This document shows positions 11,531 through 21,048 of a stretch of 64,000 nucleotides of DNA, piece after piece (positions within the stretch are counted from its first letter, which is position 1; every line of letters starts with the position of its first letter). The DNA comes from Pseudomonadota bacterium (lineage in GTDB: Bacteria; Desulfobacterota; Desulfobacteria; Desulfobacterales; RPRI01). Below the pieces are notes generated by a model. It was not told the origin of the DNA, searched no databases, and saw only the letters and a list, made by a program, of their open reading frames with translations. The position numbers and the translations under genes are program-made. The DNA is taken from contig JBDRRF010000065.1 in NCBI GenBank assembly GCA_043825875.1, positions 1 to 64,000 of the forward strand, read 5' to 3'.

Positions 11531-11905
11531 ATGGATTTAAATATGAAGGTTCTTGTTGTTGACGATTTTGCCACAATGAGACGCATTGTAAAAAATATTT
11601 TAAAGCAGATCGGATTTAGCAATATCATTGAAGCCGAAGACGGAAAAAGCGCTTTAAAATTATTGCAAAATGATAGTTTTGATCTGATCATGTGCGACTG
11701 GAATATGCCGGAAATGCCCGGAATAGATCTGTTAGCAAAGATTCGGGCTGATGAACAATTAAAAACGATCCCCTTTGTGATGGTTACAGCAGAGGCCCAG
11801 AAAAATAACATTTTAGATGCTGTCAAAGCAGGTGTAAGCAGTTATATTGTTAAGCCCTTTACTGCTGAAACCGTAGACCAGAAACTAAAAAAAATTTTTA
11901 ATTGA
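11531..11905 (+). CDS. cheY: Chemotaxis response regulator CheY
   Basis: VVDDFATMRRIVKN, DWNMP, VTAEA, YIVKPFT: classical CheY. Confidence 0.95.
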   Translation: MDLNMKVLVVDDFATMRRIVKNILKQIGFSNIIEAEDGKSALKLLQNDSFDLIMCDWNMPEMPGIDLLAKIRADEQLKTIPFVMVTAEAQKNNILDAVKAGVSSYIVKPFTAETVDQKLKKIFN

Positions 11906-12027
11906 TTTTTTATATAACCAGATCTGCTATTCACCGGTAATAAATTGAATACTATCAAATAAATATTATTAAAAAGGTTTCCATAGTTGATTTTTAATAA
12001 TATTTATGGCAAGAGAAAGGTTAAGCA

Positions 12028-12426
12028 ATGAATATAAACAAAATAGACCAGACCGACTGTTTGCGGCAGTCAGGCCTTAACAAAATTACAAGCGATAAAG
12101 GTTTCAAACAAGTCTTTGATCAAAAGCTTACCGAAATCAACAAGGTTGCTCAACCGGCTTTATCGGAACATGAAACAGATATAATTAATCATAGTGATAA
12201 AGTGCTTAATCTTCTTGATGATTATGTAAACGAATTGAATAATCATCAAAAGACATTAAGAGATATTGAACCTCTTGTTTCCAGTATAGAAAAAGAAATA
12301 AGCCTTGTTGAATCAAAGACCGCCGGCATTGTTCCCAAAAACGGGGAAATTGAGCAATTTGTCAGAGAACTTTCGGTTACTGCTAATGTTGCCATTTTGA
12401 AGTTTCAGCGTGGGGATTATTTGTAG
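12028..12426 (+). CDS. Helical hypothetical protein, possibly FliX-like
   Basis: Intact 132-aa ORF in operon orientation; family inferred by eye only. Confidence 0.6.
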   Translation: MNINKIDQTDCLRQSGLNKITSDKGFKQVFDQKLTEINKVAQPALSEHETDIINHSDKVLNLLDDYVNELNNHQKTLRDIEPLVSSIEKEISLVESKTAGIVPKNGEIEQFVRELSVTANVAILKFQRGDYL

Positions 12427-12586
12427 TTACCTTTTTATATTGTTTTGTTTTCACCTTTTGCTTGGTTTTAAAAAAGGCTATGCTCATATCAAAAGGGTTT
12501 TTGATTTCCTGCCGCAAGGTTTTTAAACATCCAAATAATAATATTTACTAATTTGTCATATTTTTATATCAGAAAGGCTGCATGAT

Positions 12587-13972
12587 ATGGAAAAAATCTT
12601 GATTATAGATGATAATCTTACTGAGGCAGAATTAATAGTAAATATCTTACAAGAAAAAGGCTTCGAATCAACATCGGCTCCGGATGGAGCTGCAGGAATA
12701 AAAGAATTGGATACAAACCATTATGACCTGGTTTTAACCGACCTGATGATGCCAGGTGTTGATGGAATGGCTGTACTGAAGCATGTTGTATTAAAATATC
12801 CAAAAACGAAATGCATCATTTTAACCGGTCACGCAACAATCAAAGGTTCGGTAGACGCCATAAAGAAGGGCGCTTTTGATTATATAACAAAACCTATCGC
12901 ACCAGCTGAACTCATTGTGGTTGTGGAAAAAGCTGTCAGATTTAAATTTCTTGAGGAAGAAAATCTACGTCTTAAAAAACAGTTAAAAAAAAGATATTCA
13001 TATACTAATATTATCGGCTCCCACAATGTTATGCAAAATATATTCAACCTTATTGACAAGATAGCTGACACGGACATTTCAGTTCTTATTCAAGGCGCAA
13101 GCGGAACAGGCAAGGAGTTGATAGCAAGGGCCATTCATTATGACAGCTACAGGAGTGAAAAGCCATTAGTCGTTATAAATTGCGGTGCAATTCCGGAAGC
13201 ATTACTTGAAAGCGAACTTTTCGGGCATGAAAAAGGAGCCTTTACAGGAGCTTATAAAAGCAGAGCCGGCCGTTTTGAAATGGCAAACGGCGGAACTATA
13301 TTTTTAGATGAAATAGGTGAAATGAGTCCGGCATTACAAGTAAAACTTTTAAGAGTGCTTCAGGATCAGCGCTTTGAAAAAGTAGGCGGAACAAAAACTA
13401 TTCATACGGATGTTCGTATTATTGCAGCCACCAATAAAAACTTATCAGTCGCTATAAATAATAACTCATTCAGAGAAGACTTATATTACAGGTTAAATGT
13501 TATCTCAATTAAGGTGCCTTCATTGAAACAACGCAAATCCGATATCCCTTTGCTTATAAACTTTTTTTTGAAAAAATTTCAAAAAAAAGAGGGCAATATA
13601 ATCAGCGGGTTCAATCCTGCCGCAATGGATGCAATGCTTGCTTATAACTGGCAGGGGAACGTAAGAGAGCTGGAAAATGTGATTAAGCGTATTGTTGTTC
13701 TTTGCGATAAGCAGGTAGTTGAGTTTGAGGATCTTCCCGAACATATACAACAGGCTGAAATATCGTTTCCCAAGGGCGATACTGCTCCAGCGCTTGATGG
13801 AGTTATTTCCTTTGATACTGCCGTTCAGGATTATGAAAGAAGGCTTATAATGGAAGCTCTTGAAAAGAGCGATGGAGTTAAAGCAAAGGCTGCTAAACTA
13901 TTAAATATCAAAAGAACAACGCTTGTTGAAAAAATGAAAAAACAGAATTTTTCCAAATCGGTCTGCGCGTAA
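12587..13972 (+). CDS. sigma54-dependent activator (REC-AAA+-HTH), likely flagellar master regulator (FleQ/FlrA/FgrM-like)
   Basis: TDLMMP (Asp intact), GASGTGKE, ESELFGHEKGAFTGA, GNVRELEN, KRTTLVEKM HTH. Confidence 0.9.
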   Translation: MEKILIIDDNLTEAELIVNILQEKGFESTSAPDGAAGIKELDTNHYDLVLTDLMMPGVDGMAVLKHVVLKYPKTKCIILTGHATIKGSVDAIKKGAFDYITKPIAPAELIVVVEKAVRFKFLEEENLRLKKQLKKRYSYTNIIGSHNVMQNIFNLIDKIADTDISVLIQGASGTGKELIARAIHYDSYRSEKPLVVINCGAIPEALLESELFGHEKGAFTGAYKSRAGRFEMANGGTIFLDEIGEMSPALQVKLLRVLQDQRFEKVGGTKTIHTDVRIIAATNKNLSVAINNNSFREDLYYRLNVISIKVPSLKQRKSDIPLLINFFLKKFQKKEGNIISGFNPAAMDAMLAYNWQGNVRELENVIKRIVVLCDKQVVEFEDLPEHIQQAEISFPKGDTAPALDGVISFDTAVQDYERRLIMEALEKSDGVKAKAAKLLNIKRTTLVEKMKKQNFSKSVCA

Positions 13973-14136
13973 AACCGGCTGAAGATTTTTCGATATTTTT
14001 CTATTCGCTTATGTTATCAGCATCTTCGTCAAAATAATGGCATCTTACACATATCATCGTTTATCAACATTTCTTCAACCATTAAAATTATCACATAACA
14101 CCTTTAATTTATAATTAAAAATTAATCATATGCCAT

Positions 14137-14152
14137 TGGCATAACAATTGCT
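14137..14152 (+). promoter_or_regulatory. sigma54 -24/-12 promoter for the AMIN/TPR gene
   Basis: TGGCATAACAATTGCT, GG-N10-GC; partial box GTCAAAATAATGGC at 14028-14041. Confidence 0.7.
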
Positions 14153-14165
14153 CTTAACAGGAGCT

Positions 14166-16811
14166 ATGCGAAGCCTGTTTATTTATAGAGTTCTGTTTAT
14201 TATTATAGCAGTTATGTTAACTGTTGTGCCATCTTCGGCTGCTATTAGCGGCAGTAATTTTGTTTCCGTTATAGATGATACACGAAAGGAAATTGTTTCA
14301 ATTTCCACAACAGGAAAAAATAACGGAACAACCATCACCGTTTTAAGCGGCAAAACAATGACGGTTTTAAATAATATGGTTTTAAAATCACCCTCCAGAA
14401 TCATTTATGATATCAAATATAATGGTCCGTCATTTACATCCGTTAGCAAAAATTTAAAAAGCCCGAATTTAAAAAGCTTACGAGTTGGATATCATTCGGG
14501 TAATACCAGGATAGTATTGGATGTAAACGGGACAAAAACACCAAGGTATTCACATCGCGTAAGCAATCATGAACTAATTATCTTTGTCGAAACAGAGCAA
14601 AAGAGCAATGACAAGAAAGTAAAAACTAAAAAAGTTCCCAGGCAGAATAAACCGATAGCTTCCAAAATATCAGTATTGCCTGAAGTAAATAATCATACAA
14701 ATCCTGCTAAAGATTTATCCGACCAAAGCCTAAAAGAACCTTCAATAATAGTTGAAGAGCTGGAGCCAAAACACATTGTGACCGAAAAGGCACCACAGCT
14801 TGATCTATCAGTATTATTACTGAAGAAAATGACCGAATTCGAACCAAATGGACAAAGTGAAGAGGCAGTTCTTTTTTTAACAGGAATTACTGCTTTTAAA
14901 GATAACAATTTTCAGAAAGCGGGCGATAGCCTGAAAAATCTCATAAAGGCATATCCAAAGGGACAATATTCAGAGAAAGCGTATTTTTTGCTTGCAAAAT
15001 CACATGATCAGCTTTTCGCAACAAGTCTTTCAAAAAATTATTCCGTGATCAAAAATTCTTACGATGATGCCATATACAGTTATCCATCTTCAGTATTTGT
15101 TCCCGATGCGTTGCTGTCTGCCGGAAACCTTTGTCTCAAAGCCAAGTATATTAGCGAGGCTATATCTTATTATAATCGCATTATAAAAAAGAATACCGAC
15201 TCTTTTTTTACAGTCAGAGCTTTGCTGCAAAAAGGCCAGGCGCTTTGTCAAAAAGGCAAATACACAGAAGCAATTTCTATCTACAAGGATATAATCCGGG
15301 AAAATAATGATAATCCGGGAAAAACGGAAGCAGAGCTTGGCATTTCAAAAGCACTTTTTGAGATGAACAGTTTTTATAAATCCATCAGCCTGCTTACCCG
15401 TCTAAAGCTTGAGCCCGAAAATATATCCCGCTATCCGGATATTTCACTCTATCTAGGATATAATTACTACCAGATCGGGCATTACACCGCAGCAATAGAA
15501 AATCTTTATAATTATTATAATATATATCCTGATAGCACTGAGAATCATCTGGTATTAAGTAAAATCGGAGATGCATACAGGGCAAATAAACTGTCTGACT
15601 CTGCAGCCAAAATATACAAGCTGGTTGCCGATCGGTTCCCTCAATCGGAAGGGGCACTTATAAGCCTGACGCGTCTTGCCGAACAACAAGAAAACGGGGA
15701 GCTTAAAAACGGAAATAGTTTAATTTCTTTTAGTATTAACGATAAAAAATTATCTTCCCCAAATCATATTTATGAAAAGGTAATTAGCGAATACTTGGCC
15801 AAAGACAGTAAAAGCCCCATGCTTGAATACACTATGCTCAAACTTGCTCTTTATTACAAAAAAGAAAAAAATTATTCAAAAAGCATGGAAGTATTAGAGA
15901 ATTTATTAAATAATTACCCTTCGTCGAAATTACGCCCGGAAATCATATATGCTTTAAGCGATAATTTCGAAGCAATTATTAAAGACAAAAAAAACAAAGA
16001 CGCCTATATAGATATAATCAAGCTTTATAATAATGAAAAACATATTATCCAACGACTTGCTCCTCCAAGAACATTGTTGGCAGTTGCATTAGCATGCATA
16101 CGCTTGGGGCTGGAAGATACCGCCATAGAGCTGCTCATACAAGCAGATATTGTTTTTCCTGACAAAGAGAAACCCGAGGAACTGCTTTATTATCTTGGAA
16201 AACATTTGCTTGAAAACGGGCAGCAAAAAACTGGGTTGAAAAAACTTGATTTGCTGATCGCTCAATATCGTTTGGGAGAATTTGTTGCAAAAGCATACCA
16301 TGTAAAAGGAATGCTCTTTTTGGACAATAAACAATATGAACAGGCTATAGATATGTTTTCACAAGCTTTAAACAGCAATCCTGAAGTAGAAGATAAAATT
16401 ATGATACTTGCCGATATGGCTATAGTCTTCGATATTTCGGGATTAAAAGCCAAAAGCCTTGAAGCACTAAAAGAAGCAGAATACATTCTTGTTAAAAACC
16501 CACAACAAGATGAATTTGTCTATCAGAAGATCGGCGAGATTTGTCTTCATCTCGGCAAACCTGAAGATGCTCTTTTGTTACTTAACAATAAAATAGCAAC
16601 ACAAGAAAATGATAAAGAAAACTTGAAATTCATGTTTATGGTTGCTCAATGTTATGAGGCACTTAACAGAAAAAGTGACTATATTTCTGCATATAACCAA
16701 CTTGTCAAAAGTGATGATCCATTGTGGAGCAAACTTGCTAAGGAAAGGATGGAAGCAATAATATTTAAAGAGCTGCTAACCAAAGCAGAGCTCAAGCAGT
16801 CCAGGAGATAG
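14166..16811 (+). CDS. Exported AMIN-domain plus TPR-repeat protein
   Basis: Signal peptide; LKSPSRIIYDI..SLRVGYH..TRIVLDV (AMIN); many TPRs (YPKGQYSEKAYFLLA, YPSSVFVPDALL); start uncertain. Confidence 0.8.
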   Translation: MRSLFIYRVLFIIIAVMLTVVPSSAAISGSNFVSVIDDTRKEIVSISTTGKNNGTTITVLSGKTMTVLNNMVLKSPSRIIYDIKYNGPSFTSVSKNLKSPNLKSLRVGYHSGNTRIVLDVNGTKTPRYSHRVSNHELIIFVETEQKSNDKKVKTKKVPRQNKPIASKISVLPEVNNHTNPAKDLSDQSLKEPSIIVEELEPKHIVTEKAPQLDLSVLLLKKMTEFEPNGQSEEAVLFLTGITAFKDNNFQKAGDSLKNLIKAYPKGQYSEKAYFLLAKSHDQLFATSLSKNYSVIKNSYDDAIYSYPSSVFVPDALLSAGNLCLKAKYISEAISYYNRIIKKNTDSFFTVRALLQKGQALCQKGKYTEAISIYKDIIRENNDNPGKTEAELGISKALFEMNSFYKSISLLTRLKLEPENISRYPDISLYLGYNYYQIGHYTAAIENLYNYYNIYPDSTENHLVLSKIGDAYRANKLSDSAAKIYKLVADRFPQSEGALISLTRLAEQQENGELKNGNSLISFSINDKKLSSPNHIYEKVISEYLAKDSKSPMLEYTMLKLALYYKKEKNYSKSMEVLENLLNNYPSSKLRPEIIYALSDNFEAIIKDKKNKDAYIDIIKLYNNEKHIIQRLAPPRTLLAVALACIRLGLEDTAIELLIQADIVFPDKEKPEELLYYLGKHLLENGQQKTGLKKLDLLIAQYRLGEFVAKAYHVKGMLFLDNKQYEQAIDMFSQALNSNPEVEDKIMILADMAIVFDISGLKAKSLEALKEAEYILVKNPQQDEFVYQKIGEICLHLGKPEDALLLLNNKIATQENDKENLKFMFMVAQCYEALNRKSDYISAYNQLVKSDDPLWSKLAKERMEAIIFKELLTKAELKQSRR

Positions 16812-16819
16812 GCCCGGCT

Positions 16820-18169
16820 ATGCAAGACAAATGTGTGTTACTTGTAGAAGATGATAAAACGGATGCGGCTTCAATAACCGGTCTCTTTAACAGGGCCGGC
16901 TACAAGTTATCATCAGTAAGTGATGGATATGCTGCCCTTGATATTATATCGGACACCCCATACGATATGGTAATTTCAGAACTGAATCTGCCAAAAATGA
17001 GCGGAATGGATCTATTGGTTAAGATAAAAAAAATAGATGCGTCTCTACCCGTAATTCTTATTTCTAACGATGTATGTGTTAAGCAGGCTGTCGAAGCCAT
17101 GAAAAACGGAGCTGATGATTTTATTTTAAAGCCTTTAGCCGCTGAAACAGTAGAATGTATTGTTTCAGGAATATGTAAAAACCCTGTTATCGCAGAACAG
17201 CCCTTAATGAATGGCAAATATGCAATCATTACTAAAAATAACGAGATGCATCAACTTATTCATTACACGGAAGAAATTGCAAACAGCCGGGCTTCAGTAT
17301 TTATTCATGGTGAATCCGGCACAGGGAAAGAACTTTTCGCAAGGCACATACATAAGAGCAGCTCTCGTCACGATAAACCCTTTATAGCGCTAAATTGCGC
17401 TGCTCTTCCTGAAACACTTATGGAAAGCGAGCTTTTTGGCTATGAAAAAGGTGCTTTTACAGGTGCTATCGCAAGAAAAAAAGGGAAGTTTGAATTGGCA
17501 GATAAAGGCACTATTTTATTGGATGAGATTAGTGAGATGGATTATCAGCTCCAGTCAAAACTATTAAGAGTTCTTCAGGAAAAAGAAATCGACAGGGTCG
17601 GCGGAACTGAATCTATACCGGTTGATGTAAGAATTATTGCCACTACAAACAAAGATATTGAGAATCTAATGCACGAAGAAAAATTCAGGGAGGACCTTTA
17701 CTACCGTTTAAATACCATTCCTCTTAATTTACCTCCATTAAGAGAAAGACAAGACGATATACCGTTGCTGGCCGATTATTTTATCACTAAGTATAACAAA
17801 CTTGAAAATAAAGCTGTCAAAGGCTTGACAGATAATGCGGTTATTGCACTAACGGAAAGACCTTGGAAAGGCAATGTCAGAGAATTGGAAAATGTAATAG
17901 AAAGAGCAGTTCTTATGTGTAAAGGAAATTTAATAGACGAAAAGCTGTTGCAATTAAATGGCCGCTTAATACCTGTCGATCCACCAACGCGTAAGATACA
18001 GCCCATAAGTCCTGAGGTTTCTCTAAGAGAACTGGAAAAAAATTTTATCTTTCAGACTTTAGACAAAACAAAGGGAAACAGAACACATGCAGCTGATATG
18101 CTTGGCATCAGCGTTCGAACTTTAAGAAATAAACTTAATGAGTACAAACAAAAAATGAATGAGCAGTAA
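16820..18169 (+). CDS. sigma54-dependent activator (FleR/FlrC/FlbD-like) with Glu at the phospho-acceptor position
   Basis: VEDD, VISELNLP, GESGTGKE, GAFTGA, GNRTHAADMLGISVRTLRNKL. Confidence 0.9.
   Translation: MQDKCVLLVEDDKTDAASITGLFNRAGYKLSSVSDGYAALDIISDTPYDMVISELNLPKMSGMDLLVKIKKIDASLPVILISNDVCVKQAVEAMKNGADDFILKPLAAETVECIVSGICKNPVIAEQPLMNGKYAIITKNNEMHQLIHYTEEIANSRASVFIHGESGTGKELFARHIHKSSSRHDKPFIALNCAALPETLMESELFGYEKGAFTGAIARKKGKFELADKGTILLDEISEMDYQLQSKLLRVLQEKEIDRVGGTESIPVDVRIIATTNKDIENLMHEEKFREDLYYRLNTIPLNLPPLRERQDDIPLLADYFITKYNKLENKAVKGLTDNAVIALTERPWKGNVRELENVIERAVLMCKGNLIDEKLLQLNGRLIPVDPPTRKIQPISPEVSLRELEKNFIFQTLDKTKGNRTHAADMLGISVRTLRNKLNEYKQKMNEQ
17814..17831. promoter_or_regulatory. 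Intragenic enhancer-like box CTGTCAAAGGCTTGACAG
   Basis: GTCAA-N4-TTGAC with 7-bp arms, about 340 bp upstream of the flgB sigma54 promoter. Confidence 0.45.
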
Positions 18170-18171
18170 AA

Positions 18172-18187
18172 AGGCACGCAATTTGCT
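18172..18187 (+). promoter_or_regulatory. sigma54 -24/-12 promoter for the flgB operon
   Basis: AGGCACGCAATTTGCT, near-consensus GGCACG-N4-TTGCT. Confidence 0.8.
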
Positions 18188-18265
18188 TTAATTTTTTATT
18201 ATGTAATTTTTAAGCTTTCTAACCGAACACAGAGCTTCTTATGGCCATTAAAAAGGAGAAAGTAT

Positions 18266-18673
18266 ATGGCTTTTAATTTATCGTTTGGCAACATATTTAA
18301 CTTGCTTGAAAATGCAATAGGTGTGGCGCATCAGCGGCACAACACTATTTCCAGCAATATAAGCAATCTTGAAACACCGGGATACAAACCGAAGGATATT
18401 GATTTTAAAGCTGCCATGGCACAGGCTATAGGGGCAGAATCACAAATTGGTTTGTCAAAAACGAATGCCGGTCATATTGACCCATATGCCGATTCCGGTC
18501 ATAAAGTTGAAGCTTTTGAGGAAGAAGCCGATTGGAATGGTGTAAACTACGTGAGTATCGATAAAATGATAAACAAGATGACAGAAAATAATTTGATATA
18601 CAAAACTGCAACGGAAGCAATGTTAAGGAAAATTTCTCTTATAAAAGAAGTAATCAGAGAGGGAGGACGTTAG
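18266..18673 (+). CDS. flgB: Flagellar basal-body rod protein FlgB
   Basis: RHNTISSNISNLETPGYKPKDIDF; NYVSIDKM. Confidence 0.93.
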   Translation: MAFNLSFGNIFNLLENAIGVAHQRHNTISSNISNLETPGYKPKDIDFKAAMAQAIGAESQIGLSKTNAGHIDPYADSGHKVEAFEEEADWNGVNYVSIDKMINKMTENNLIYKTATEAMLRKISLIKEVIREGGR

Positions 18674-18674
18674 C

Positions 18675-19097
18675 ATGAATTTTTTGGAATCTTTGAAAGT
18701 AAGCGCTTCAGGGCTCCACGCTCAGAGAAAACGAATGGATGTTATTGCCGAAAATCTTTCAAATATCGAAACCACACGAACGAAAAATGGAGGTCCCTAC
18801 AGAAGAAAATTGATCGCCATAGGTGCAAACCCAGTTGATGATTTCAATGAGGTATTAGGTTCGCAAATGGAAGGTGTTAAGGTTGATGCGATTGTTGAAG
18901 ATAAGTCTCCTTTTAAAATTGTTTATAATCCAAGTCATCCTGATGCAGATAAGGATGGGTATCTTAAGAAGCCAAATGTGGATTTGGCGGTTGAAATGGC
19001 AAACATGTTGATGGCCCGAAATGCTTTTTCCGCAAATTTGGCAGCTATCAAATCAACACGACAAATGGTTTTAAAAGCTCTTGAAATAGGGAAATAA
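18675..19097 (+). CDS. flgC: Flagellar basal-body rod protein FlgC
   Basis: SASGLHAQRKRMDVIAENLSN, PYRRK, YNPSHPDADKDGY, PNVD..EM. Confidence 0.96.
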   Translation: MNFLESLKVSASGLHAQRKRMDVIAENLSNIETTRTKNGGPYRRKLIAIGANPVDDFNEVLGSQMEGVKVDAIVEDKSPFKIVYNPSHPDADKDGYLKKPNVDLAVEMANMLMARNAFSANLAAIKSTRQMVLKALEIGK

Positions 19098-19100
19098 AAA

Positions 19101-19391
19101 ATGAACGGCATTAAATTTGACAATTTGGATCCGGTTGGTTTTCATAAGAGTAAACAAACAACTCCAAACAGCTCTTCAGGATTTAAAGAAGCCATAAAAA
19201 CTGCAATCGACAATGTGGGTAGCCTGGAAAAAGACGGAGATAAATCCATTCTTAATCTCATGCAAGGAAAGGAAGAAGTCCACACAACTATGATTGCACT
19301 TCAAAAGTCCGATATATCGATGAGAATGCTTCTTGCAGTAAGAAATAAGGCTGTTGAAGCTTACAAAGAAATTATGCGCATGCAGTTTTAA
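19101..19391 (+). CDS. fliE: Flagellar hook-basal body protein FliE
   Basis: VRNKAVEAYKEIMRMQ C-terminus. Confidence 0.93.
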   Translation: MNGIKFDNLDPVGFHKSKQTTPNSSSGFKEAIKTAIDNVGSLEKDGDKSILNLMQGKEEVHTTMIALQKSDISMRMLLAVRNKAVEAYKEIMRMQF

Positions 19392-19482
19392 GTACTTTTT
19401 AAGATGTACATCCTTTTGCGCTGTAATTTATTTGCACATAATATAAATTTAGTAAACAACCAGGATAAACAGAGCATTTGAA

Positions 19483-21045
19483 ATGAATAATTCAGTAGTT
19501 CAGTTTACAGAATTTATCAAGTCTTTACCGCCTGCAAAAAAAATCTCTATTGCCATTACTGTTTTACTGCTATTGGGAGCTTTTGCCGGTATTTTTATGA
19601 TAGCAAATCAGGTTGATTACCGGGTTCTCTTTAATAATCTTTCAGCCCAGGACGCAGGTGCTATTATAGAAAAACTGGGAGAAAAAAATATTCCATATAA
19701 GATTGAAGGCAGCGGTTCTTTAATACTCGTTCCTTCCGATATGGTATATGAGCTGCGCCTTCAAATGGTAGGAGACGGTCTTCCCAGAGATGGCCAGATC
19801 GGATTTGAAATATTCGACAAAACCGACTACAAAACAACCCATTTTGTTCAGAATTTAAATTACCAAAGAGCCTTGCAGGGCGAGCTGGCAAGAACTATAA
19901 ACTGTTTTAAAGAGGTAAAATCTTCCAGGATATTTATAGTTCTTCCAAAAGAAACTCTGTTTGTTGAAGATGCAAAACCAGCTTCAGCTTCAGTACTTCT
20001 TGACTTAAAATCAAATTTACCCCCGGAACGTCTTACCGCTATAATCCATCTTGTAGCAAGTGCTATAGAAGGACTTGTTCCTGAAGAAGTAACTGTTGTT
20101 GATACAAAAGGAAGGGTGATTTTTAAAGGTGGCAGCAATAACCAGACAAATACTTTTTTAAATAATTCACAGTTGGATTATAAAACAAAAATTGAAAGTG
20201 AAATCAGCAGAAATGTTCAGAGTATGCTGGAGGGAATTATCGGATCGGGTAATGCAATTGTTAGAGTTAATGCCAATATAGATTTTAATAAAATAAGTAT
20301 GAATGAAGAAGAATATGATCCTTCGGCAACAGTTGTTAGAAGTAAAAGAGATATTGAAGAATCATCTAAGTCCGGAAATGCTGACCAAAACGCCGCACCA
20401 TCAATAATTAATCAAAGAGCAGGAGTAATTCCGCCAGAATCTGTTGACCAAAACGGAAGAAAAAAAAAAGACACCCTCACGAATTATGAAATCAATAAAG
20501 TTACAAGGATAATCTCCAAACCGGCCGGAACTATTAAACGCTTATCTGTTGCCGCAGTTATCGATGGACGATATGAAACGGTTAAGTCGGCTGATGGTAC
20601 CGAAAAAAGGAACTATCTTCCGAGAACAAATGAAGAATTAAGAAAGTTTGAAGATATAGTAAAAGGTGCGATGGGCTACGATGAGGATCGCGAAGACAAG
20701 GTTTCCGTTAGTTCCATACCTTTTTCCGAAACATTACCGGCAGAAATCCAGCCGGAATCCGTAACGTTTGATTTCAATGCACTATTAAGAGAATATAAAA
20801 ACATGCTAATCAATCTATTTTTGATAGTTGCTGTGTTTTTTGTTCTTATTAAACCATTAATTAAAACTTTGAAAAGTATACCAAAAGATCCACTGGTGAA
20901 TGTAAAGGAGCTTCCATCAAATGTGCAGACAAATGCCCAGATCCCCGGAGTAAACACAAAAGGCCAGATTGAACAAGTTATAGAAATAAGCAAGAGCAAT
21001 CCTGAAAAAACCGAACAACTTATTAGGGCATGGATGAGCGAGTAG
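19483..21045 (+). CDS. fliF: Flagellar MS-ring protein FliF
   Basis: IGFEIFD, YQRALQGELARTI, ASASV, TNYEIN, RLSVAAVIDG. Confidence 0.96.
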   Translation: MNNSVVQFTEFIKSLPPAKKISIAITVLLLLGAFAGIFMIANQVDYRVLFNNLSAQDAGAIIEKLGEKNIPYKIEGSGSLILVPSDMVYELRLQMVGDGLPRDGQIGFEIFDKTDYKTTHFVQNLNYQRALQGELARTINCFKEVKSSRIFIVLPKETLFVEDAKPASASVLLDLKSNLPPERLTAIIHLVASAIEGLVPEEVTVVDTKGRVIFKGGSNNQTNTFLNNSQLDYKTKIESEISRNVQSMLEGIIGSGNAIVRVNANIDFNKISMNEEEYDPSATVVRSKRDIEESSKSGNADQNAAPSIINQRAGVIPPESVDQNGRKKKDTLTNYEINKVTRIISKPAGTIKRLSVAAVIDGRYETVKSADGTEKRNYLPRTNEELRKFEDIVKGAMGYDEDREDKVSVSSIPFSETLPAEIQPESVTFDFNALLREYKNMLINLFLIVAVFFVLIKPLIKTLKSIPKDPLVNVKELPSNVQTNAQIPGVNTKGQIEQVIEISKSNPEKTEQLIRAWMSE

Positions 21046-21048
21046 AAA

